A stretch of 64,000 nucleotides of DNA, from assembly GCA_050084515.1 (NCBI GenBank), contig CM114271.1, positions 18,352,001 to 18,416,000 on the forward strand, given 5' to 3'. Every line of letters starts with the position of its first letter. Position 1 is the stretch's first letter. The notes under the pieces are model-generated. The model was not told where the DNA came from. It searched no databases and saw only the letters and a program-made list of their open reading frames with translations. The position numbers and the translations under genes are program-made. Of this stretch, positions 52,455 through 64,000 are shown one piece after another. This DNA is from Blasia pusilla. Lineage: Eukaryota.

Positions 52455-55400
52455 TAGCCATTGGCATGAGGTAAAGCTACCTCAGGAGTGGGTCAGATTG
52501 CGACGCACTTGGAGGATGACTGGACTCCGGCTAGCATCTTCATTCTAATCCGTCTTACATCCCTTCATACAAGTCTTCCTTTCCCTGGACCTGACCGAGA
52601 TGATGTCGTTGGGGTGTGTCCTACATGTCGACCGAACCTTTACGAGTTATTAAACGGCTTGGCTTGACTGTCACGCCTGTAGTTCGTCCCTGCGCTACGT
52701 CATGGTGCGAATGACTAGACTCAGCTCTCGTGCCTGAGTGCCTCGTGCCTGAATAGAGATATTACATTTTTGGGAGTGCCTACTTTAGGTGATGATGATA
52801 CGGCAGTATGTAGCGAATCCTGCAGCGAGATCAATGTCCACATACAGTGATCGAGGACTTTTTGCACGGTTTATACATGACCTTTCCAACATGTAATGCT
52901 CCTTGTGTTAATCACTGTTTGCTCCGGGTGAGCGCGGGTGGGAGGGTGAAGTTGACGGGAATAGAGCTACTGCGGGCGATGGATTTTATCCGCATAGCGG
53001 GCGAATTGTACGAGTGAGGAAGTCCCCGAATAATGGTGATCCGATTTTCACAATACATGTCGTGCCGGGATTGGGAAGGAGATAGGAATAGTAGTGTAGA
53101 ATTTCTAGAATGCCGACGCTTTTCGCCTCGCGCACCGCCTCCGCGCAACGGATTCATCGGCATAGCAGTTGTAGCCGAACCGTAGGAACGTAGACAGGAG
53201 AAGATTTCCATTTTTGGAATCCAACGGTCGAGTCCTCCTCCCACGAGGCAGTAGATTTCATCCCCACAGCACCCGCGGACGAGTATACTTTCTCTCAACC
53301 ACTTCTCGGAAATTGGCGATGATCAAAAGAAACTCGCTCATTGGAGGTCATTCGGCGGGGATCAAAGCGACTCGCGTCTGGAAGATTTGATCTCTCAGTG
53401 GGTCCCCATAGAAGCGAGGAACACTTCGAAGCTTCCCATAGGCTGACACGACCAGCGCGATGGAAACCGCTCCATAGATGCCTACTCTCAGAGCTCAGCA
53501 GAGGACCTAATTTAGTTCTTCATTCTTAGACTTCGCCCCATCTTCGTCCAGACGTTGTTGAGATGCGATTGGTGTTCAGAAGAAACGTTGTTGCGTTGAT
53601 GTTCAGGGCATTAGCCAAATCATTTAATGGAAGACAGCAAACGGACCGCACAATGTTGCCGCAAACCATTTTTGTCACCCACTTCGAACGGTCTGCATAG
53701 AATTTTATGTCACGTCTCTTTCTTTCACGTGTCTATGTTTAGATTCTACTTTTGATGCAAGTTAAGCACAGAACGCGTCGATTCTAAAACGAACTTATCG
53801 AAGCCATGAGTGTTGAATCGACGGTGTCATACTTCGAAAACAAAATTGATGATTGGGGAAACAGGGAGGTGCTCTGATATTTCGTCGCTAGCTTTTGCTG
53901 CTACCCTCCACGGGAGAATTTGAAACCGAGATTAATGTTCGGAAGTGCATTGGTCTCTATACTAAAAATATGAATTCAAGGAAAGAGTTAACCATGTTTA
54001 AATCTGAAAGAAGTACACAGCCAATCGCTGCCCTGTAGGACGTGAAAAACTGATATTACTTTCAGATTGCGAAACTACTTTAAAGAGTGAAAGGGGGGCA
54101 GCAGATCTCACGGTATTTGTTGTACTATCCACGAATAGACTGGGTTTTCGCTTGTTGTACTATCCACTGAAATAGCATGATTTTTTTTTCATATCTTTTC
54201 AGTAAGATATAGGGAGGCACAAACAGCTTAACACCAGAGCTCCGAGAGATGTGGTAAGGGACATGAGATGACTCGACCACACTTGCATTCAATGTTAAAG
54301 CATGCACAATTAGAAGTGCTTCGCTTTCAGTTCGAGGAAAAATACTCCTCGAGTCATAACAGGGCAAGTTTCTCTTCGAGACGAGTGAGATCGTCGCACA
54401 TGCTGAGGAGCGGGAGAGCTCGGGCACGTTCGTTCTTAATTCTGTGCGTGACCGTCGATCAGGTCCAACGATTCAGCAATACGGTTTAAGTGAAGGAGCA
54501 GGTCCAAAATCTTTTCCGATTAGGTGATCTGCGGACCTGCAGCGCCGTGAACTCAGACTCTTCAAAGGAGTGGGGAGTCTCATCCACGACGACTCGGTCT
54601 CCGCCCCCCTAAATCGAGCGACCATAGGAGCCGGTGGGCGGAATCATCGAGACCACGCTGTCTCGCATTTTCCGTTAGAGGGGAAAAGAATGTTTCACTC
54701 ACTACTTGTCCTCACCCACAGCTGTTTCGCCGGCGCCAATGACAACAGATCTGGGTGGTATGAGAGGAGTCCACCATACCCAGACCCATAACCACATAAT
54801 GAGATCGTCACCGCAAAGATCTCATGAGGGCAAGCGCATCGGGTTGGGAATGCTCATCTTCTTCGTTCGGTATCGTTCCAGACGTAGGACGACACACGCT
54901 AAAGACAACAACAGCACACGCACACATCTGGGAATTACTCGGTTGCACTGCAACACTCGCCTTCGCAGTTTTACATCTGTGAGGGCGAGCACCGGTGGTC
55001 TGGTGGGTTGGTGGATGGGAAGCAGTAGATGCTTGCTCGGTGGGCCCAATCGACCAAACAAATACGCGAACGAACTTCGCAATTTGTTAGATCCTGTACT
55101 TTAGATGCTGCACCCTAAAGGAAAAGCACCGGAAAACTTCGCCCCATTAGGCTGTGCCCTTTGAACAATCGGCTGTTGCAGTCATGCTCTCGAATCCCTA
55201 GAGACGCAGTGTGAGTTTGGAGAAACGTTTTCCGAACGAGTTTAGGGTGAGACGCTACCCGAGCGGTCAGCCCATATGTGAGAAGAGAAATTAACCGCGG
55301 AATTGTTGAGCGGTCGGAAAGCATTATCCGGTCCCCGATCGGAGCTACATCACACTCCCTTTCACTGACATCCACCATGTGTATGTGTATGGGTTCTTCT

Positions 55401-57463
55401 CAACTTCTTAAGAGATCGTTGTCAACCTGCGGGTGTAATCTTCTATATTATGATTATTATTATTGTAGAGTGCTCGTTTAGAGGGGGGCACTCCTCATGG
55501 CCATATCTGTTTTTTTTACCTTTAGTTACTTGACAAGGGTCGCATTCTCTCTCTCTCGATTTTGAAAGGCGTCCTGCCTACTCAAGAGTTATTTGCCGTT
55601 GTAAGAGGGCGGATAGGGTTCGGATGCCTTTCACCTGTGTTGCGCACATGCACTTACCAGTTAGTAAAGAACATACGGAGGGTTAACCTTATATGTGGCG
55701 CAAAGTCTTCTTCCAGACTTTGCGGCCGTGGAACATCCACATTTGCGAAGAGGAGAAATAGGAAATTCAGAGTGATTTGCTTTGTGACTCCACGCTTGCA
55801 CTCGCCTAGATTGCTACACGTCTCATCCAAGGAAACTTATGGGAGGCTTTTTCTTGAACTTGGTCAGCAAGTGAACATGAAAGAATAAGAGGAGATCAGA
55901 TTTTTAAAAAAATTGTGCATATTCCCCTCCCAATTCCTTTGCTGCAAGCTATATCCATTCTCCAGTCTAAGATTCCCGTTAACATCCTTACCTTTCGAGC
56001 GAGATATGGAGAGTGCCCTTTCATTTTGTAAACTCCTACTCCTCTTCTATTGACACTTGGCACTTTCGGCCCGTAGCATCGCTCACCACTAGGATTTTTT
56101 GAAGTTGATTTTAAATAGCATTTGACACTTTTGAAAGTTAATTATCATTTTGGGAGGTAATGGGCTTCCACTAGTAACTCCAAGAGCAAAAATCTATTTC
56201 TTTGATAGAATGGTGTTCGTCGCAAGGCACTACTATGTCGTTACCCTCTATGGAATTTTTAGCCCGATAAATATTTTTATTTGCATGAGAATAATTACTT
56301 AAGCATTAATAACTAGAATTTTACTTAATAGTGGACATGCTTATGTGATGCACAATTAAAAAGAAACTTTTTGAATTAAAAAATCTCAACCTCTTCATTT
56401 AGATCATCCTCGTCCAGATCTAGATCTATAAATTTGATGATCAGAGCAAGCCTTAAAAGAGGACCAAGAAATGTAATAACATCCCAAGAAGGGAAGGAGT
56501 CAAGAAATGCACACATGAATGCAAAAAAGAAGATGAAAACAAGCCAACACAAAAACCAACTCAACGAGCTACATGATTAATAGCGTGAAACAAATTTGAT
56601 AAGAACACTACTAGTTGATCAGACGTGAATAGACGATGAGGTGAGCAATCCCAAACCACTTTGTTTGACCTATTAACACCAAAGCTTGTGCATGTTATAA
56701 CTTAGGTTGCACGTAGACAAAGTCCATGTCCGCAGACTCATGTCCATTCCTAGGACGGATATGTCTGTGCAGGCCTGGGTACTCGCGGCCCACACTTGAG
56801 CCTCCCTTGCCCAAAATATAGACACAAGCTCGGCCACCCAGTCTAGAAACATGTCCCCAATGCATTGTTGAGTAGGGTTAGGCACTACGCTAGCCAGCCT
56901 AGCCCACATAAGGCCCACAAGGTTAGGTCCTACACGGGCCAAGCCTTGTGGACTTAGGGCTTGCTATTATGGTGGATATGCATGCTTGATGCGGGCCAGG
57001 AAATGGCTCATAGCCCGCACACCCATTCGATCCCTTTCCACCTCTCGTAATCTAAGCCCATACGGGCCACTAGGATACCTAAAAAATCTGGGCAAGGGAC
57101 ACGTTGGGCATGTCCATGCACATGTTCGTTTCCGTGCAACCTTGGTTATAACAGTACCGAGATGCATTGGTGAAAATAAGAAGTGACTACAGAGAGAGAA
57201 GTACTGCAAACGGGGGCAAGATGATAATCCTCAAGGTAATGTAGGTACCTATTTTTAGGAAAGTATTGAAAGACATATAAAAGTGCCCAAATTTCCACTA
57301 CAAAAGGAATAAATCCATCCTTTGTGACATGATCAACATCAATTTAGCAACCACCACATCGACCAATATCCGAACCTTCCCCGAGACATAACAAGATTAA
57401 CTCTTCAATGAGAGGTTGCTTGTATAGTAGAAGGTACGAAATATAGTTGCTCTTCCCCAATGA

Positions 57464-57692
57464 TGTACAAGCCACAAATGCAATCTCCTCTCTAATCATA
57501 TTATGTATCACTGTTCGTTCTCCATCATGTGCACATTGAAGAATATGTATAACCTTTGGATTAATGGATTAATACTATGTACTCTATAGTACAAGCCACC
57601 AATGCTATCTCCTCTCTAATCACATAATGTATTGTTGTTCATTCTCCATCATATGTACATTGGAGAATATGAATAACCTTTTTGATTAATGG
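57464..57692. repeat. diverged tandem duplication, period about 124 bp
   Basis: GTACAAGCCAC..ATCTCCTCTCTAATCA...TTCTCCATCAT...GATTAATGG occurs twice. Confidence 0.8.
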
Positions 57693-60600
57693 GCTCCCCG
57701 TACGCAATTAGGAATACCCAATAGAGAAGGATGAGGAAGTCCAAAGCATAACTGCAAAGTTGTCGAGAATATACAAAATAGAAGAATAAGAGGATTTGCT
57801 ACAAACCATGCCCCCACTCTTGTATCCACATATGAACGTAGATCAGCTTGATGAGTGTTATAGGATGCCTCAAACGGAATGATAGAAAATTTAATTTAGT
57901 GCAAATTCTCACAGACATGCCCTTTAAGTCAAGGAAACCTCATTGGAATCAATTGACTAAAAGGGGGTAGAATTGCTTGTATAGTGAGAGGAAGAAGATC
58001 TTAGTTGTTGTTGGACCCCTCCTCTATATGGGTAACCTGATCCAACAAGATAGGTGCATCTCCTTGGAAAAACATTCAAATCATAATCGGGGCATCAAAG
58101 CCCAAATCCCAAAAGATCTGCTTCAGCAAATGCGAATGTGGAGGAAAGCCCCACACCTCCAAAAGAGATAGGCAAGATAATTTATCATAAAGCCAAGATA
58201 TAATCACCTCCCTCAAGTGTATTCCAAGAATCAGGTCTAGGATTAAAGGCTTACGCATGGATTGATAATACCGCTAACGTCTTTTGATCCTAGTTGGAGC
58301 AAACTCCTTACCACAAGGTATGTAACGAACCTTTGGCACACATGTAGAAGGAAAAGGGTAACAAGGAGATGATGAGTTGATGATGAGGAGGTAAGTAGAT
58401 TGGGGAAGGAGAAAGAGGAGGGATAAAGGTAGAAAAGATGGGAGTTGGAAGCACGGTTTCAAATGAGATATGTGAGGATGAAAAAGTAGTAGGATTCAGT
58501 AGTAATAGATCCAGATTATCATGAATAGAAAGAAATAAAGAAGGGACTATAGGAGGATAGGGAAGAAATAGAGAGATTCTAATGGGTGAGTTAATATAAG
58601 GAGGAAAATGACAGAATCTACGTTGAGGAGGGGAACTTGGGGGAGAGGTTATCCTTGAAGGAGGCCATCTTAAACCAGAAAAGCAAGGAGATGGATTATC
58701 CAACTCTATATCCATAGAACCAAAAGTAGATCTGTCATTCAACACAAGAGAAGACGTATGAATTGTCATTTTCTAAATGTATTAGGATAATGATCATAAT
58801 AAAAGTAGATTTAGATGGAGAGAATAAGATTAAATCAAATCCAAATGTATGATTGATTTTTTTTTAAGAAATATAAGAAGCAATTGAAAAGGAGAAGTAA
58901 GTTACATAGTATCAAAAGACGTGGCTCTAAAATATAAATTTATAATGCCTTTAAGGAAATAAAAAATAGAGAGAGGGCCGAACTAGTCAGGTAAAGTGTT
59001 GAAAGGGCAAGGAAGACATATGAGAGGAATTGATCTAAGAAAACCCGTACATAAAACTAGGCACCAACGGAGAAGAAAGAACTTGGTATGAAAAACATGA
59101 GCTTTCCAAGACGATTGTAAGAAGACCAAGCACACCATACTCTATCGGAAGTTTTTTAAGGAAATTGAAAATACCAAAAACGAGGATGTGAGGAAAAAGT
59201 AAAAGTCATCCACCGATGATTGATAAGAAGGGACAAGGCTGTGATGTAAGGCCAAGCAAGTAGCAAAAGATTAAGAAAAGAAATAAGAATCCTTTGAACC
59301 AATTATAAGAGGAGCACAAAGTGTGAAATTTTGTTTAGGAATATTTGAGCATATTCATGAGAGAAGAAGGTTCAAAGATCCCAAGAACTTTGGAAAACCC
59401 CAATATATATAAGTGGGAAAAATTAAAACCCAAAGTTCAAGCTTTAGAAGATGAACAAGTTGAGTCTAAGACTCAAGAAATTATGAGTAAAAACTTGGAA
59501 GGTTTCTAAAAAAAAATCTTCTAATTATGCATATTTTTTTATGTAGTAATATACATTAACATTGAAAAAATTTCAAACCCCCTTCCCATACTTTATGCAC
59601 CCCTTATTTTTATTTAAAATTTAATTTCTCCCCAATGTGTCTATGAGTTCTCCCCGCCTTTTTTTCTAGAAAATTCTCTATCGCTTTCACCTTTCTTGTT
59701 TCGGAAAATTATAATTTCCCCAACTTATAACTAATATCTTAATTTTCAGTTAATAAAACTAAAGAAATACTACCAGTCATTCCTCACACATCCTTGTTTT
59801 GGAAGAGGAAAAGCCCTTGCTTTTGGTAAGACAAAAAATAGGGACATACTGATTCGTCATACTCGAATCCTCCATCTCTTTATATTTAAAGATGAAAAGT
59901 CCTTGGCCTCCTCCTCTTCAAACTCCCTCTTAATAACTTCTATGTAAAATGGTCGTTAAACTCAAATATTTAAACAAAAAAAATTAGCTGATTGTACACT
60001 TTCTCAAATCCTATACCCAACTTAGTTATAATTTTCTATCAATGAGGTTTTATTCTTAAGCCACTTGCCTCATGGTATCACATAAATCATGTCGCAATAA
60101 AATAACATGAAGAGACACACTAGTCAATATATTAGAATCTCAAGACTTCAAATTTTACAAGTGTAAGAAAAACCTCATTATTTGATTATGAGAATTCAAT
60201 TCTTTCGAAAACTAATTTTCCACATAGATTTGAATCTATTTCTTTAATTTTCATTCTATTTAGGATTAATTCTAAAATTATTCCAATTGTAGAAATTGTA
60301 GAAATGTTACTTTATTCCATTCATAGATTTCTTTTACTTTTGAATCTTTTTCCCACATTAATCTTTTTCTTCATACATTTGCTTGCTACAACAACCAAAA
60401 TGAAGGAATTAAGTCATGTGGTAAGACATTTAACTTCGAGCTTTCTCCCTTGTGTTATGAAATTTGATTTGGGGATTTACATGTGTGTTTTGATATTTTC
60501 CTAAAATCATGTGCTCATCATTCACTCAAGAATCATATAATTACATCTTCTTTATGTTGTCTTTACTTATCGTTGACAATGGATATTAGCATTTATTTTC

Positions 60601-63600
60601 ATACACTAGGCCAAAGTATTGGTTGGCCACTTGTCTAGTTGTTCATTCATCTTTGAAAAATCACGAATTTTAGTTCAGATTTATTTCAAGCCATTAAGCG
60701 CATAAGTAGTTGGGGATTTTTTTTTCCAACATTTTTTTTTGCAATTCTTGCTTCCTTCCCCTCTTAAGATGTTTCTAACTTTCCTTGTCCTTTTTTGAGT
60801 TTTGTTTGTAAGATAAAGTGGATCTTTATGTTTCCATTACAATACAAAATGTTCCGTTCATAACCAACCAACAGTAACTTTGTGGCACCTTATTTTCTTT
60901 CCGTAAGAGATAACATGAAGTTTTTTGTATTCTCTTGGAGAAAAAATCATATATTTTAGATGGCATTTCTCAATTTCTTAAGATCTTGCTTAATTTTCAC
61001 ATGTCTCCTTTCCTCTTGAGATTTGAACATTTATGATCTCTTCATAGATCTCTTTTCTCCTATTTTATAATTATAATTATATATATATACTAATTCTTCT
61101 TGGGATAACACCAAAAATGCCTATGCCATGCACTTGCATCCTATTAATGCATGCTCAAAATTAAGCACCGTAAATATCTCTCTATTTTTCATATAAATTT
61201 GTACTTTTGTAAAATTTACATGTATATGATTTTATTTCAAAATTATTGTCATAATATTTCAACTCTATTAAAGGTAGAAAAAATGTATTGATCTATCAGT
61301 AGTTTTCCTTTGTGTAAGAATATTTTTTTCAAATGAAGGAAGATTTTTTAATTAAATTAAAATATAGGAAATGCAAATATTAATCCCTCTATTCATATAA
61401 TCCCATGTAATTTGGTGACTCAGCTTATTTTATTCTAAGAAATATTATTACACCTCATGTTTTATTTTTTCAAATATTCTAGAAGAAAATTTTATCACAT
61501 AATAATATAGAGGATTTTCTTAAGGATGACAAAGACCTACGTATTTTTGGAATTTATTTAAAATAAATAAATTCTTAACATATGTTGAATATATAAAAGT
61601 TTAAGAAACACCTCATAATTCTATTATGAGGTATTCCCAAGTAAAAAATATAATTTCTAGTTGGTTAACCTAGTTTATTTTAATTATAATATAAACAAAT
61701 CATTAAATATCCCATTAAGAGATTTACGTTATTTTCTTCCCATAAAAAGTAATAGGGCACCTCATATTTCTCGTTCTTGATTAATTTTGATGTACAAGCT
61801 TGTGAGGGCTTGAGTGGTGAGTCATGATCGTGTGTCAAAGGAGGATCTACCTTAATGGGCATACTGAGACAGAATTTACTATCTAGATTAGCTAGTCATG
61901 AGAGTAAGAAGACGACATAGTTAAACACCAAGAGAGCTTACTTAGGGAAGGTCAATATAGGAGAATAGAGTAAAATAGAGTAGATTTTTAGTCCACGGGA
62001 AGCCAATCTGGCTTATGGGACCCCTTTCACATATGTGAAATTGACATCGCATCCGACGACCACCTTCATATCTAGTTTTAGGATTCTCACTTAGGAGATT
62101 TTTTTGTTTTTTTTTCCTTCCTTTTTGAAGGCTTGGAATTTTATCCAGATTTTTAACCCGGGTTTGTTTTTTCTTTGTGAGGGCTTGGAATTTTATCCAG
62201 ATTTTTAACGCGGGAGTATAGTCAAGGCACACATATGAAAGGCACACACGGAATTCTCTCTCTCAAACATGGACCATCCATGCCCTAGATAGGGCACGCC
62301 ACTGCCCCGGGTTGAGATGGTTGTTGGTTCCATGCGAGCAATTATGAAATGTGAACGATCCTAAGACCAACTGCGAAATATGAAGGCATGAGTTGAGATG
62401 GGCACTTAGCCATAAGATGCATGCAACATGACGCAAGTGACCAAGGTCAGATTGATGAATGAAGAAAAGTAGGAAACTTTGAGATCCACCCAAGTCATGT
62501 TTGGGTCTAATTAGCCAATGCAAAGTTGGAAGTCACGATCCATGTTTGGGTTGAGGCAAAAGTTATGGCCCTAGGTGGATATTTAAGATGGAAGAAGAGA
62601 TTAGAGGACTCTAGCTATAAGTACTGGTAACGAGGGACACTCTTCCTCCCTCTCTCCTTATTTCTTGGAACAAGATGTGGACCCAATTTTTTGTTTAGCC
62701 ATATTTCAGATTGTGAGCGAGGATACCATTTGAGACATATCTTTAGGATATTATCAGCACTTTGGCTTGCATGAGCGAGGGGAAAGGGTAGGTGGCTATA
62801 GGTCAAGGGTTAGGGACAAGCCTCCCTATGGGGGCAATATGTACCTTATGAGACTAGACACCCAATGATCTTCTTTGAATCTTCATTTCACGCGAGAGGA
62901 GTTAGGTCTCGGCCCCAAACCCAAAGCGAGTCTTCCACTTGCAAGGCTTAAGGAAGTTATCTCTTGGTAACAATAGCAAAGAGAAGTAGAGGAATGACTT
63001 TATGACATTTCCTCTCTTAAATCTCTTAACTTTTTTTAGAAGAACCTTTCCTATCATTGGAGATTTCAATTTCTAAATTAAAAGCATAGATTAAGCTTTA
63101 ATGATGATAATTTATTTTTGATTTAAAGAAAAATTTTGCTATTTTATTTTTACTTCTAAAAATATCCTCATTCTATAAAAGGAAAGAAAGACCCCACTAT
63201 TGAATCATAATTTCATTTTTATTTTATTTTACAAGATTCTTTCCAAAAAGAGTAATCTAATCTCTTTAAATTATCATATAGATGAAATCATGAGGTATGC
63301 TATTCATAAATAGCCACATATAACTTAATGGTCTTCTCTTCTTTAATGGAACATCTCTCATTTCATATTGGAGAATTTTACTATTTTAGGATCACAATTT
63401 TCTCACATAGTAATTTAAAACCACGCTCATCCGGGATCCCCATCCCATTTTGCCTTATTCCCCAATTAGTAGTATAGGTGATATTTTCTCCCTCCATATT
63501 AATGTACCACCATCTTTAACTTTAATTCTTGATTCCAAATTTTCTTTGGGAAATCAAGTCCTCTAAGTCTATGATTGGAGAAGTTAGAAAATCCAATAAA

Positions 63601-63637
63601 AAATTCTTGAAATCATATGTCTCTTTCACAAAATTAA

Positions 63638-63900
63638 TCACAAGTTTAGGGGAATAGGAACATTCAATAATCTTCTCCAAAAATTCAAAAAATGGGTGTT
63701 GTTATGACGGAGATGTTGGGAGAAGCAATTCAAAATTTGATCAATCTCATGATGAGTATGTCCAACCATGAGAAACCCAACTTTCACTTTTTTGGAGTAC
63801 CTCTTGTTCCACAAATTTACTAAGATTTGCAAGTAAATACTTACTTTTATTCTCTTGCATAGTGTTATCAAGTGCAAATATAGGATGGGAGAAAGATTAC
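63638..63900 (-). mobile_element. transposase-like remnant (LDN..ENK / FLxVGHTHxxIDQ type)
   Basis: FLMVGHTHHEIDQ in ORF 63638..63976. Upstream, PILYLHL and DNTMQENK join across a 1-nt frameshift. Superfamily not assigned. Confidence 0.55.
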
Positions 63901-64000
63901 CTTCCCATTCTCTAATAATATTATACAAACCCATGACGATGAGATTTATATGATTTTGAATGCTCGGGAAATTCAAAAATAATTCATGTACCTACTCTCC

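Noticed and set aside
50900-55900. Many short ORFs and a possible miRNA locus in unique-looking sequence
   Set aside because: No protein motifs, no consistent exon chain, and no conserved miRNA or long hairpin recognised by eye. A lineage-specific transcript cannot be excluded.
57900-59500. Possible LINE ORF1 remnant (partial knuckle-like HTCRRKG)
   Set aside because: Too degenerate; no endonuclease or RT motif could be read.

Overview
Eukaryotic, intron-rich plant genomic DNA; a bryophyte such as a liverwort is my inference from gene style and was not tested. There are three host genes. (1) An 11-exon LRR/EDR1-like-domain/Raf-type protein kinase on the minus strand, 7115 to beyond base 1. 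(2) A 5-exon chloroplast RNase III-domain splicing factor, RNC1, on the minus strand, 37879-34668. (3) An intronless NF-YC subunit on the plus strand, 49876-50739. Between the first two lies a nested retrotransposon complex (about 13.5-32.4 kb). Its centre is a decayed Ty3/gypsy element with four unusual traits: a DNMT3-like cytosine methyltransferase domain between protease and RT, a PHD finger at the integrase C-terminus, a Tf1-type self-priming site instead of a tRNA PBS, and an A...B-A-B split terminal repeat layout. This element inserted into a Ty1/copia element whose two halves now face opposite ways, which implies an inversion. A solo LTR sits in its 5' LTR and an older relative lies upstream. 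The rest of the window holds short Helitron-like elements, CACTA and other transposase remnants, tandem duplications and microsatellites. All domain calls come from motif reading by eye; no database search was run.
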